A stretch of 51,494 bases of DNA from a virus (IMGVR_UViG_3300043764_000051:1-51494); one strand, 5' to 3'. Positions 35,201 to 44,564 are shown, counted from the stretch's first letter. Numbers and translations are program-made. The notes: generated from the letters alone by a model not told the origin.

Positions 35201-35401
35201 GTGATCCTCGAACCCGACGCGCTCGCCGACCTCGCCGCCGAAACCCGCGAGGACTTCGACTACCGCAACCGCGCCTCCCGGCCCGCGCCCGAGCTTGGTG
35301 CGCCCGACCTCGGACTCGGCTGGCGCGACACCTGGGACGACGAGGACCCGGACGGCCCGGTCATCCCGAGGTTCCCCAGGCCCCGCCCCGCCAGCGACTG
35401 A
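35201..35401 (+). CDS. small hypothetical protein
   Basis: GTGA-coupled to a 28-aa ORF at 35118-35204. Confidence 0.45.
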   Translation: MILEPDALADLAAETREDFDYRNRASRPAPELGAPDLGLGWRDTWDDEDPDGPVIPRFPRPRPASD

Positions 35402-35420
35402 AGCGACCCAAGGAGCAGCA

Positions 35421-35600
35421 ATGCCCACCATGCACGAGCACCGCCGCAACGCCGCCAGCATCGCCACCACCCTCGGCCAGGTCCCCAAGGACTCGACCCC
35501 GCGCCGTATCGACCAGCTCCTCGACGCCATGACCGACGAACAGATCCTCGCCAACGCCGAACGCCTCCTCCGCACCCTCGGCCACGAGAACTCCGGCTGA
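35421..35600 (+). CDS. small hypothetical protein
   Basis: AAGGAG RBS. Confidence 0.6.
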   Translation: MPTMHEHRRNAASIATTLGQVPKDSTPRRIDQLLDAMTDEQILANAERLLRTLGHENSG

Positions 35601-35731
35601 TGGACGAGGACACCCGCTGCCCCGCATGCGGCAGCACCAACGTCACCACCCAGGAAGAACCGCTCAGACCGTGGGTCCTCGACGCCACCTGCAACACCTG
35701 CGGCCACACCTGGAAAGCCTCCAACGCCTAA
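35600..35731 (+). CDS. Zn-ribbon microprotein
   Basis: CPACGS...CNTCGHTW; TGATG coupling. Confidence 0.6.
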   Translation: MDEDTRCPACGSTNVTTQEEPLRPWVLDATCNTCGHTWKASNA

Positions 35732-35800
35732 CCGCCCAAGAACCGGCCGGGCTCGCGAACCCCCACGCGGGCCCGGTCACCCATCCCTGAAGGAGCACTC

Positions 35801-35977
35801 GTGGCCGACACCGCCGACACCCCGATGATTAGCCGCCGCGGCTGGATCAACCAGTCCGCCCGGCACTACGCCCTCGCCGCTATGGCCCACGAGAAGCACG
35901 CACCCGCCGAGCAGGTCGCCAACGAGATCCGGCTCGCCGAGCTCGCCCTCGCGATCTCCGAGAAGGCACCGCACTGA
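35801..35977 (+). CDS. small hypothetical protein
   Basis: AAGGAG RBS. Confidence 0.5.
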   Translation: MADTADTPMISRRGWINQSARHYALAAMAHEKHAPAEQVANEIRLAELALAISEKAPH

Positions 35978-36219
35978 TGCCCGGCACCCCGCTGAAGTAC
36001 CTCGCCCGCGCCGCCGCCTTCGTCTTCTGGACCCCGCACAAGGCCGTCGCCTACCTCGCCGCCGTCGGCTTCATCGCCATCACCGACGGCGGCTACTTCG
36101 CCCCGCACCGCCCCTTCCACATCATCACCGCCGGCATCCTCGCCGCCCTCGACGCCACCGCCTGGTTCCTTGACCAGCAGACCGACGACACCCCGACCGA
36201 GCAGACCCCGACCGCCTGA
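35977..36219 (+). CDS. small membrane protein
   Basis: Two hydrophobic segments. Confidence 0.55.
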   Translation: MPGTPLKYLARAAAFVFWTPHKAVAYLAAVGFIAITDGGYFAPHRPFHIITAGILAALDATAWFLDQQTDDTPTEQTPTA

Positions 36220-36259
36220 CCGCCCTCCCCATCAACCCAACGCCCGAAAGGCCAACCCC

Positions 36260-37711
36260 GTGACCGCGCCCGACCTGTCCGCCGGCCAGCAGACCAGCAT
36301 GCAGCCCGAGCCGGCCACCCGCACCCGACTCACCCCGATCCAGAAGAAGCTCGTCGGCCTCGTTGCCGCAGCCGCAACCACCATCGCCGTCATCGGCTTC
36401 GCTGGCTCCTACCGGGCCGTCACCACCCTCGCCCTCGCGAAGGGCTTCGGCGCCTTCGCGTACGCCTTCCCCGCTGGCGTCGACGCAGGCATCGTCGCGT
36501 TCCTCGGCCTCGACCTGGTGCTCACCTGGCTGCGCATGCCCTACCCGCTGCTCCGACAGGGCGCCTGGGGCCTGACCGGCGCGACGATCGCGTTCAACGC
36601 TGCCGCCGCATGGGGCGACTGGCTCGCCGTCGGCATGCACGCCACCATTCCGATCCTGTTCGTGATCGTGGTCGAGGCAGCTCGCCACGCCATCGGCCGG
36701 ATCGCCGACATCGTCGCCGACCGGCACATCGAGTCCCCGCCGATCGTTCGCTGGCTCCTGTCCCCGGTCGGCACGTTCCTGATCTGGCGTCGGATGCGGG
36801 TCTGGCAGATCCCGTCCTACCTCGTGGTGATCACGCTCCTACGGGAGCTTCGCGTGTATCGGGCGAAGCTCCGCAAGAAGTACGGCTGGCAGTGGAGGTG
36901 GCTCGCCGACGCCGATGAGCTCCTTCCGTTCGACATGGCTCGCTTCGGGATTTCGGTTTCGGAAGCGCTCGCGATGCCCGAAGTCGAAGCCGAAGCACAG
37001 CGGAAAGCCGAAGCGGCCCGCGCCGCCGAAGCACGACGCCAGGCCGAACTCGAAGCCGAAGCACTTCGGGTTGAGGAGCAGCAGCGCCAAGCCGAAGCCG
37101 AAACGCGCCGCCTCACGGAAGCCGAAACCGAAGCGAAGCTCGCCGAAGTGGCCTGGAACCGGAAGCTGGCCGATGCCGAAGCCGAAGCGAGGCTCGCCGA
37201 GATCGAGCGGCAGCGTCTGATCGCGGAAGCCGAAGCGGAAGTGGAGCGCGCCCGTATCGCCGAGCAGCAGCGGCAGGCCGAAGCAGACGCCGGCCTGAAG
37301 CGCCGGCAGGAAGCCGAAGCTGCGGCGAAGCGTACTGCCGAAGCAGAAGCCGAAGCACTTCGGCTTACGCAGGATCGGCTTCGGCTTCAGGACGAGGCGC
37401 TTCGGAAGCAGCTCAAGCGGGAGCGCCCGGCGGAGAACCCGAAGTCGAAGCTGCGGCCCGAACCCGAAGCGGCCAGCACCCGAAACCCGAAGCCCGAAGC
37501 CGAAGCAACGCCGAAGCGTCCGGCCGAAATCGGAAGCCGAAGGGCCCGCATCGAAGCCGAAGTGGAAACGCTGCTCCGGCTGATCGAGACCGAGGGCTAC
37601 GACGCGATCAACCTCCAGCGGGCGATCGAGGCACTGAACCTGAAGCAGACCACCGCCTACGACCGGCTCGTGAAGGCCCAGGCTCGCTGGAACGACCAGA
37701 ACGCCGCCTGA
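36260..37711 (+). CDS. DUF2637 membrane protein (Spd-like) with coiled coil and C-terminal HTH
   Basis: IGFAGSY...FPAGVDAGI...TIAFNAAA...MHA.IP.LF...EAARH; four TMs. Confidence 0.88.
   Translation: MTAPDLSAGQQTSMQPEPATRTRLTPIQKKLVGLVAAAATTIAVIGFAGSYRAVTTLALAKGFGAFAYAFPAGVDAGIVAFLGLDLVLTWLRMPYPLLRQGAWGLTGATIAFNAAAAWGDWLAVGMHATIPILFVIVVEAARHAIGRIADIVADRHIESPPIVRWLLSPVGTFLIWRRMRVWQIPSYLVVITLLRELRVYRAKLRKKYGWQWRWLADADELLPFDMARFGISVSEALAMPEVEAEAQRKAEAARAAEARRQAELEAEALRVEEQQRQAEAETRRLTEAETEAKLAEVAWNRKLADAEAEARLAEIERQRLIAEAEAEVERARIAEQQRQAEADAGLKRRQEAEAAAKRTAEAEAEALRLTQDRLRLQDEALRKQLKRERPAENPKSKLRPEPEAASTRNPKPEAEATPKRPAEIGSRRARIEAEVETLLRLIETEGYDAINLQRAIEALNLKQTTAYDRLVKAQARWNDQNAA
36940..37565. repeat. 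dense CCGAA(GC)/TTCGG repeat tract inside DUF2637 gene
   Basis: About 30 CCGAA copies on + strand and several TTCGG, hand-counted. Confidence 0.75.
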
Positions 37712-37727
37712 CGCTAACCCGGGCGAT

Positions 37728-37828
37728 GTCGTCGTCGACGTCGTCGTAGCCCGGCTACAAGCCCTCTCCCGACCCCTCTGAACAGCCAAAACCCCCTCCC
37801 CGTCGGCGACGACAACGACGACTACGAC
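37728..37828. repeat. inverted GTC/GAC arrays, candidate clt (cis-acting locus of transfer)
   Basis: GTCGTCGTCGACGTCGTCGTAG ... CGACGACAACGACGACTACGAC, intergenic upstream of tra genes. Confidence 0.5.
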
Positions 37829-37842
37829 AAGAAGGAGCCCCG

Positions 37843-39372
37843 GTGTCCCAGACCCAAGCGCCGCCCGCGCCCGCCAGCGCACCGGCCGCCCGCCAGCACG
37901 AGGAGGCCGACGACTCGGTTTACGAAACCCCCGCCCCCGCGCAGCCGATCGACTGGGCCACGCCGTCCTCAGCCGCGCAGGACGCGCTGGGTGACCTCGC
38001 CGCGGTTCAGCGGGCCGAGCGGAGAGCCGCGCGCCGCAAGGGCCTGCCAGTCGGGCCGGTGATGGTCGCCGCCGCGAACGGCACCGTCATGGCCCTGACC
38101 GGCGCGTACCAGGCTGGTGGTGTCGCGGGGATCGCCGGGGCTGGGGCGCTCACCCTCGGCAGCGCGGTCGCCGTCATCGCGAAGCGCCGGGCCACCATAC
38201 GTGGCCGCGCAGCGCAGCGCTCCCTAAGCCAGCCCGCGGCCCGGGCGGGCGCCGGGTGGTCCGGGCGTACGGCAGGTGGCCCCGGCGTGGGTAGCTGGTC
38301 GGCGGGCAATCGCAGCGCGGGTCTGTCCGGTCGGACCGGCGCCGGCAGCGGTCGCGGCGCGACGCGGGACGGCTGGTCGCTGCCGCGTCCGTCCGGTGCC
38401 CAGGCTGGGTACGGGTCGGTCGGCACGACTGGGCGCGGGACACCGGGGGCAGGCAACGGCCGGGGCGGTGCCCGGGCGGAGCAGCTGTCCAGGATCTCTG
38501 ACCGGCGCACCGGTGGTACGGGCCGTCTCGCCGACACCAAGGCCGGACGAGGCCGGGCGGGGCTGCTCTCCCGTTTTCTGGGTAACCGGGTCGCGCACAC
38601 CAAGGCTGACTGGAAGGACCAGCAGGCGAAGCGCCGTCAGCTCGCCGTCGCCGCAGGACGGCTCGGCAAGAAGACCGCGGCCGTTGGCTGGGAGAAGACC
38701 AAGCCCGCCCGTGCCAAGACTGCTGCCGTGCTGCGCCGCCAGGCGGTTCGGGCCCGAGGCGCCGTATGGGACGGCACCGTCGCCGTCACCCGAGGCGTCG
38801 TCACCGGGCTGTTCCGGTGGAACTGGCGCGCCGGCTGGGACCGCATGCGGGACGTGTGGGCGAAGCGCCGCCAGCGCCGCGCCGACAAGGAAGCCGCCGC
38901 TGCCGAGCAGGCCGCGGCCGACCAGAACACCACCCAGCCCGACGCCCCGATCGCGACCACCGTCAACCGGCCCACCTACACCCCGTCCACGTTCACGCCC
39001 GCCGCCAGCAACGGAGGAACCATGTCCGGTCACCACTTCACCGCATCCGCGATGGAAATGGCCCGCGCCGCCGCCGCATACGAGCCCACCGGCATGCTCC
39101 AGGTCGGCCAGGACTTCGCCGGCCTCCAGGAGGCCCTGCAGCTCGTCGCTGAGGCCATGAAGATCACCACGGAGAAGGCCGACGGCGAGCAGCCCCTCGC
39201 CCCGCAGGTCGTCGACCTGATGCGCGGCATCTACCAACTGCAGCAGAAGGCCGCCGAGATGGCCGCAGAGCTCGTCCCCGCGTTCGAGAACCTCCACCAC
39301 GTCGACCTCACCCGCCTTCGGAACCCCCGCAACGGCGAGCACATGTGGGACTTCACCACCAACCAGGCCTGA
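37843..39372 (+). CDS. TraA-like transfer-associated protein
   Basis: AAGGAG RBS; TM pair, Gly/Arg-rich linker, C-terminal FENLHHVDL.RL.NPR.GE.MWD; directly upstream of TraB. Confidence 0.6.
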   Translation: MSQTQAPPAPASAPAARQHEEADDSVYETPAPAQPIDWATPSSAAQDALGDLAAVQRAERRAARRKGLPVGPVMVAAANGTVMALTGAYQAGGVAGIAGAGALTLGSAVAVIAKRRATIRGRAAQRSLSQPAARAGAGWSGRTAGGPGVGSWSAGNRSAGLSGRTGAGSGRGATRDGWSLPRPSGAQAGYGSVGTTGRGTPGAGNGRGGARAEQLSRISDRRTGGTGRLADTKAGRGRAGLLSRFLGNRVAHTKADWKDQQAKRRQLAVAAGRLGKKTAAVGWEKTKPARAKTAAVLRRQAVRARGAVWDGTVAVTRGVVTGLFRWNWRAGWDRMRDVWAKRRQRRADKEAAAAEQAAADQNTTQPDAPIATTVNRPTYTPSTFTPAASNGGTMSGHHFTASAMEMARAAAAYEPTGMLQVGQDFAGLQEALQLVAEAMKITTEKADGEQPLAPQVVDLMRGIYQLQQKAAEMAAELVPAFENLHHVDLTRLRNPRNGEHMWDFTTNQA

Positions 39373-39448
39373 CCCCGCCCAGCGCCCGGCCCCGAACGGG
39401 GCCGGGCACCTTCCCCTCTCGACTACGAATCAGGAGAAACCGATCACC

Positions 39449-41605
39449 ATGCACGCCGACTGGGAGGCCAAGCACGGCCCCGTGTCCGGGCCGTTCAACG
39501 CCGCCGGCGCGACGCTGGCCGCCGCGTGGGCCGGACACGCCGCCCACATGCCACCCGCGTGGGCCGTGGCCACCGCCACCGCCGGACTGGTCGGCCACAC
39601 CATCGCCGGCGTCCGCCACCGCATCATCGGCATGTCCCTCGCCATGCGCGCCGCAACCTGGGCCGGCGCGGGCGCCTGGTGCTCCTGGGCCATGGCCACC
39701 ACCCCCTGGTCCACCAACACCCTCGGCACACTCGCCGCAGGAACCATCGGCCTCGCCGTCGCCTGGACCGGCGAGCAGCGCGCCGAACGGAAGGCCGCAC
39801 TCGCCCGCCAGGACCAGCAGACCGCCGAGCTCACCGAGGCGGCGCAGGCACTCCGCAGCAAACTCGCCGCCGACTGGACCAACCGCTTCGCCCGCGTCTG
39901 CTCCGCCGAAGGCGTCACCGTCACCGGGATCGAGCAATGGGACACCGGAGCCGGATACACCCTGGAAATCGTTCCCCCCGGTGGCACCACCTGGCGGCAG
40001 CTCAAGCCCTACGAGGACCGCCTCGCCGGGGACGCCCGCCTCCCCGAAGGCTGCGGCGTCGAGATCACCCCCGGAGCGGACCGCGGCGCAGCCCTCGTTG
40101 CCGTCGCCACCGTCAACCGGCTCATCGACGACGTCGAGTACCCGGCCGACTTCTCCCCGACGTCCATCAACGACTTCTCCACGATCGGTGTCCACAAGGA
40201 CGGCGCCCAGGCCGGGGCCGTCATGCGGCAGCTCACCGCGCTGACGGTCGGCCAGAAGGGCTCCGGCAAGACCAACCTGATGAACGTCAAACTCGCCAAC
40301 CAGGTCCGCATGGTCGACAACCTGATCTGGGTCATCGACCTCAACGGCGGCGGCCTCGCCCTGCCATGGCTCCACGCCTGGAACAAGGCCGGCCGCCCCG
40401 GGCGCCCGCCGGTCGACTGGGTCGCCGACACCCCGGAGAAGGCCCTCGCCATGGCCGAGGCGCTGCTGCGGATCGCGAAAGCCCGCAAGCCCGGCTACAA
40501 GGCCCTGGAGATCGCCGCGAACGACGACAAGCTGCCCGTCTCCGCGAAGATCCCCGCGATCACCCTGGACTGCGACGAGATCGCCGAGCTGTACTCGATG
40601 AAGGCCCGGCAGGACCCGGTCCTGAAGAAGACCGGGGACACGCTCATCCAGGTCGTCGAACTCGCCCGCGCCGTTGCGTGCAACGTCGAGAACGCCGCTC
40701 TGCGCGCGACCCAGGACGTCATCTCCCAGCCGCAGATTCTCCAGCAGTCCGCGCTGAAGGTCGGCATGGCCGTCGCCACCGAGTCCGAGCTGAACTACCT
40801 ATTCGGCTGGGCCGATCGGCTCTCGCCGGAGGACGCCCCGTACCCGGGTTGCGGGTTCATCAAGGTCGGCAGCCAGCCCGCCCGGCCGTTCAAGGCGTAC
40901 CGCATCACGCCGCAGATCATCGAGAAGGCCGTCCTCGCGACGACCGGCATCCGGCCCGAGCTTGACGCCCTGTCCCGGAAGGTCGCCGGCGAAGCGTACG
41001 AGCGGCGCTGGGAGGACACGGACCACCTGTTCTTCTCCGACCCCGGGAACTTCGAGGACCTACTCGAGCAGACCGCTGCTTCCGAGTCGGAGCCCGACCT
41101 CGGCCTGCCCAAGCCGATCCGGCGCAGCGTCACCGCCGACTGGGACACGACAGCACCGGCCAGCAGCGTCGAGGACGCCATCGCCGCAGCCGACGCCATC
41201 CGCGACCGCACCCGCAACGCCGCCAACGAGGCCACCACCCACGACGACGACCTGGAGCGGCAGTTCCGCGCAATCCTCGACGGCGGCGGTGCCCTGTGGA
41301 AGCCCCCGGTCGACCTCCAGCCCGAGCCCGCCCAGCCGACCGACGACGTACCCTCGCCCACCCCCGGGGTATCCGACGACGCCCGCTGGCCCATGGTCTT
41401 CAGCATCGTCGCCAAGGCCGGGCCCAGCGGCATCGGCCCGGACGCCATCCGCGACATTTTCCGCGTCGCGCTCCCCGGCGCCCAGGTTCCCTCCCGCTCC
41501 GCCATCACCGACTGGCTCAAGGCCGAACCCCGGATCCACAAGCCGGCCCACGGCATGTACGCCCACGTCCAGTACCGCACCGACACCCCCGGAGACCCGC
41601 AATGA
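39449..41605 (+). CDS. traB: FtsK/SpoIIIE-like conjugative DNA translocase
   Basis: N-terminal TMs, Walker A GQKGSGKT, IWVIDLNGGG, DEIAE, C-terminal wHTH ending HGMY. Confidence 0.82.
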   Translation: MHADWEAKHGPVSGPFNAAGATLAAAWAGHAAHMPPAWAVATATAGLVGHTIAGVRHRIIGMSLAMRAATWAGAGAWCSWAMATTPWSTNTLGTLAAGTIGLAVAWTGEQRAERKAALARQDQQTAELTEAAQALRSKLAADWTNRFARVCSAEGVTVTGIEQWDTGAGYTLEIVPPGGTTWRQLKPYEDRLAGDARLPEGCGVEITPGADRGAALVAVATVNRLIDDVEYPADFSPTSINDFSTIGVHKDGAQAGAVMRQLTALTVGQKGSGKTNLMNVKLANQVRMVDNLIWVIDLNGGGLALPWLHAWNKAGRPGRPPVDWVADTPEKALAMAEALLRIAKARKPGYKALEIAANDDKLPVSAKIPAITLDCDEIAELYSMKARQDPVLKKTGDTLIQVVELARAVACNVENAALRATQDVISQPQILQQSALKVGMAVATESELNYLFGWADRLSPEDAPYPGCGFIKVGSQPARPFKAYRITPQIIEKAVLATTGIRPELDALSRKVAGEAYERRWEDTDHLFFSDPGNFEDLLEQTAASESEPDLGLPKPIRRSVTADWDTTAPASSVEDAIAAADAIRDRTRNAANEATTHDDDLERQFRAILDGGGALWKPPVDLQPEPAQPTDDVPSPTPGVSDDARWPMVFSIVAKAGPSGIGPDAIRDIFRVALPGAQVPSRSAITDWLKAEPRIHKPAHGMYAHVQYRTDTPGDPQ

Positions 41606-42078
41606 CCACCACCACCGGATTCCAGCAGCAGGCCGCGCACCGTGATGCCTACGCCACCCCCGAACACGTCCAGACCGGGAACGTCACCGGCGTCGGATAC
41701 GCCGTCAGCGTCGAGACCGGCAAGCCGATCCCGGTGTACATGAACGACACCCCGCCTCCCCCGCCACCGGCACCGATCGTCCACACCCCGGCGCCACAGA
41801 CCGTCATCGTCGAGCAGGCGCCCCGCGACCCGTGGCCAGCCCGAATCCTGTCCGGTGGCGGCGCGGTCGCCGGGACCGCGGCCGTCGTCGGCCACTACGC
41901 CGCAGGGATCGCGCACGTCGCTGACGCCACCGCGGTCGTCGCTGGCGTTGCGGCCGCCGGGATCGCCCTCCTGCGGGGCAGCGCGCCGAAGGTCAGCGTG
42001 AGCGTCAACGCCACCATCACCGGCGCCAGCTCGAGCAGCACCTCACGGTCCGCGTCCGGCTGGAGACCCCAGAGCTGA
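41602..42078 (+). CDS. membrane protein (spread-protein-like)
   Basis: ATGA-coupled to traB; Pro-rich segment then two TMs. Confidence 0.6.
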   Translation: MTTTTGFQQQAAHRDAYATPEHVQTGNVTGVGYAVSVETGKPIPVYMNDTPPPPPPAPIVHTPAPQTVIVEQAPRDPWPARILSGGGAVAGTAAVVGHYAAGIAHVADATAVVAGVAAAGIALLRGSAPKVSVSVNATITGASSSSTSRSASGWRPQS

Positions 42079-42089
42079 TCCACCGCCCG

Positions 42090-42118
42090 ACGCCCCGCCC
42101 ACACCAGGCGGGGCGTTT
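42090..42118 (+). terminator. intrinsic terminator
   Basis: ACGCCCCGCC-cacacca-GGCGGGGCGT-TT. Confidence 0.7.
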
Positions 42119-42147
42119 CGCATGCCCGGAGCGACATACTGGACGGC

Positions 42148-42423
42148 ATGATGCGCACCCTCCGCGCCTTCCGACAGCGAGTCCACCGCCTCAACCCCGA
42201 ACGCCCCCGGGCCAACCCCACCCGGATCGCTGTCCTCGAACACGACCTCCTCGGCATCCAACCCGAGCCAGGCACCATCGCCGCCCTCGCCGTTGTCCTC
42301 CGCAAGGCCGGGACCTGCATCGAGCACAAGCCTGTCCAGGCTGCTCCGGACAGCGCGGTGTGCACGGGCTGCGGCCGGACTATGCACCTCAAGGAGGACG
42401 GGACATGGCGAACGGCGACATGA
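42148..42423 (+). CDS. hypothetical protein (probably leaderless)
   Basis: CATACT seven nt before ATG; RIAVLEHDLLGI; CTGCG. Confidence 0.6.
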   Translation: MMRTLRAFRQRVHRLNPERPRANPTRIAVLEHDLLGIQPEPGTIAALAVVLRKAGTCIEHKPVQAAPDSAVCTGCGRTMHLKEDGTWRTAT

Positions 42424-42647
42424 CGCCCGAAGAACTCGACCAGTTCTGGGCCGCCCTCTACCGCCTCCGCGCCCAGGCCTACCGCCTGGCAGCCTCACGC
42501 GACGAGCTCAACGCGACCGCGATCGAGGCAACCGCCGCCATGCGCCGCTTCGTCGCCGCGCTCGCCGAGGCCGAAGCTTCAGAGATCGCCGAGCACCCGG
42601 ACCTCGCAGAGCTCAACGTCCAACTCGACGGCTTCTACGGCACCTGA
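42405..42647 (+). CDS. hypothetical protein
   Basis: AAGGAGG RBS. Confidence 0.6.
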   Translation: MANGDMTPEELDQFWAALYRLRAQAYRLAASRDELNATAIEATAAMRRFVAALAEAEASEIAEHPDLAELNVQLDGFYGT

Positions 42648-42760
42648 GTCGCACCGGCCCACCCAACTCGGGGCGGGCGCCGTTGCGTTTACGGCGAGTT
42701 GGCGGACGGTCCTGTAACACTGGGCGGAGATCAGCCGCGCGGACCGGGAGGCCAACCCTC

Positions 42761-43465
42761 ATGCCCACCAACACGCCCTGCCCAGGCCAGTGCAACAATG
42801 CCTGGCGCCGCGCCGAAGAACTCGGCGAACCCCACACCCTCCAACCCGTCCACGGCGAACCCGTCCACTGCTGGCCCTGCTACTCCACCGCCCACACCCA
42901 ACTCGGCCAGTTCCCCGCCCTGTTCGTGTCCGTCTACATCGAAGCCCTCCACGGCACCGCCACCAAGCAGACCGGCACCATCGGCCGCAGCGGACTCCGC
43001 GCACCCTGGCCCGGCCAGCACGCGCGTCTCCTCACCGACCGGCTCCTCGACTCCCTCCACACCCTCGCCAACGACACCCGCGAACACGTCGGCGAGTACC
43101 GGGAGAACCTCGGGCCCGAACGCATCACCATGACCCGTGACATCGCGACCCTGACCAAGCACCTGCGGTGGCTCCTCACCGATCACCCGTGCGCGACCGA
43201 GACGCACGGCGGAATGTCCGGCAACCCAGCGTGGGAGATACGCACTTGGCACCGCGCCGCCGAGGTGTTCTGCCGCCAGGATGAGCAGCGCGTCGAGAAG
43301 CGCCTTGCCCCGTGCCGGCGCTGCAACGGGCCGTGGCTGGCATCGGTCAACGGCGTGGTGGAGTGCCGCGACCCGGCCTGCAAACTGGTCATGACGAACG
43401 ACGAGTACGCCACGTACGTGGAGCGGCTGGTCGGTGTGGCGCGGTACATCGAAGCCGCAGCTTGA
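42761..43465 (+). CDS. Zn-finger protein, putative late-gene activator/antiterminator
   Basis: CPGQCN...CWPC and PCRRC...CRDPAC; directly before late promoter and terminator. Confidence 0.6.
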   Translation: MPTNTPCPGQCNNAWRRAEELGEPHTLQPVHGEPVHCWPCYSTAHTQLGQFPALFVSVYIEALHGTATKQTGTIGRSGLRAPWPGQHARLLTDRLLDSLHTLANDTREHVGEYRENLGPERITMTRDIATLTKHLRWLLTDHPCATETHGGMSGNPAWEIRTWHRAAEVFCRQDEQRVEKRLAPCRRCNGPWLASVNGVVECRDPACKLVMTNDEYATYVERLVGVARYIEAAA

Positions 43466-43556
43466 CAAATGCGACTATCACGCATGACGATCTTTCGGGG
43501 GATCGTCATGCCCATTTATGCCTCGGAAGGCCTCGCTGAACTCAGCGGGGCCTTTT
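43462..43556 (+). promoter_or_regulatory. late promoter, palindrome and terminator
   Basis: TTGACA-N18-GACGAT; GCATGACGATC/GATCGTCATGC; AAGGCCTCGCTGA/TCAGCGGGGCCTTTT. Confidence 0.65.
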
Positions 43557-43572
43557 CGTTTGCCGGCTGGAG

Positions 43573-43809
43573 GTGGACTCCGTGGTTGATCTGAGCGTGG
43601 ATCTCGCCACCACCCTGTGGACGGTCGAGCAGGCCGCCGAGGCCGCACAGGTATCGCCGAACGTGGTACGGAACTGGAAGTACCGGGGCCACCTGGACCA
43701 GGCGGGCACGGACTGGCGGGGGCGCCCGCTGTTCCGCGCGATCGACGTGATCCGAGCGGAGAAGGCGACGCGGGAGAAAGCCCGTCGCTCCTACCCGATG
43801 GCGGCCTGA
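43573..43809 (+). CDS. MerR-like HTH protein
   Basis: WTVEQAAEAAQVSPNVVRNWKYRGHL...GRPLFRAIDV. Confidence 0.8.
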   Translation: MDSVVDLSVDLATTLWTVEQAAEAAQVSPNVVRNWKYRGHLDQAGTDWRGRPLFRAIDVIRAEKATREKARRSYPMAA

Positions 43810-44046
43810 CCCCACGAGTTCCCTGCTGCGCGGCTCTTGCCCGGCAGGGCCGGCCCGCTCCGAGGGTGGCGGGCCTGGGTTCGCCGAGCCCGGCCACCCG
43901 TCCGGCCGGGCCGGCGAACACCGAAGGCGGTGCGCGATGGCCGACTGCCTCTGGTGCGGACGCCCCGTACCGCCGGATGTCGACGGCGAGTTCTGCTCCA
44001 CCGCCTGCGGACTCCGCTGGGCCAACGAAGCAGTGGAGGAGGAAGC

Positions 44047-44367
44047 ATGAGCGAGTCGATCGACATCGGCCACGGCCACGTCATCAGCTTCACCAAGTGG
44101 GCCCCGGACCGCGACCTCAACCCGCAGTACGACGGCCTGCCCGACGTCGACCCGTGGGGCGTCATCGTCGACCACCCGCGCCCCGACGGAACCCCATGCG
44201 TCGGGAGCGCCGCCACCTTCGACGGACCAGTGGTACGGCAGATCGATCCAACCCGGCCAGTGTGGACCGTCGAGTCTCTCGACCCGCTCACCATCAGCCC
44301 GAGTCTGCTCTGCCGTGGATGTGGCGACCACGGGTTCATCCGCGAGGGCAGATGGGTGCCTGCGTGA
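44047..44367 (+). CDS. DUF6527-like Zn-binding protein
   Basis: PLTISPSLLCRGCGDHGFIREGRW. Confidence 0.65.
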   Translation: MSESIDIGHGHVISFTKWAPDRDLNPQYDGLPDVDPWGVIVDHPRPDGTPCVGSAATFDGPVVRQIDPTRPVWTVESLDPLTISPSLLCRGCGDHGFIREGRWVPA

Positions 44368-44564
44368 CCGATCGCCCGGAGCGCGCCCTCGACGCCCCGT
44401 TCACCCCCGAGCCCGACTGGGATCCGATCCCCGGCACCTGCAGCCGCTGCGGCCAGCCCGCCTACCTCGGCGAACGCCGTTGGTGGCACCTCGGGCCCGT
44501 CTGCCCCGCACGCGGCCGGACAGCCGACTTCATCCCCGACCCGCCCTCAGCCGCCCTCGACTGA
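44364..44564 (+). CDS. small Zn-binding protein
   Basis: GTGA-coupled; CSRCG...WWH...C. Confidence 0.55.
   Translation: MTDRPERALDAPFTPEPDWDPIPGTCSRCGQPAYLGERRWWHLGPVCPARGRTADFIPDPPSAALD

Noticed and set aside
39449-41605. Chromosomal FtsK or type IV secretion coupling protein
   Set aside because: No relaxase or T4SS genes; neighbours and C-terminal wHTH match Streptomyces TraB.
43810-43936. Possible tRNA
   Set aside because: No T-loop GTTCRA in a cloverleaf context, no acceptor stem and no CCA.
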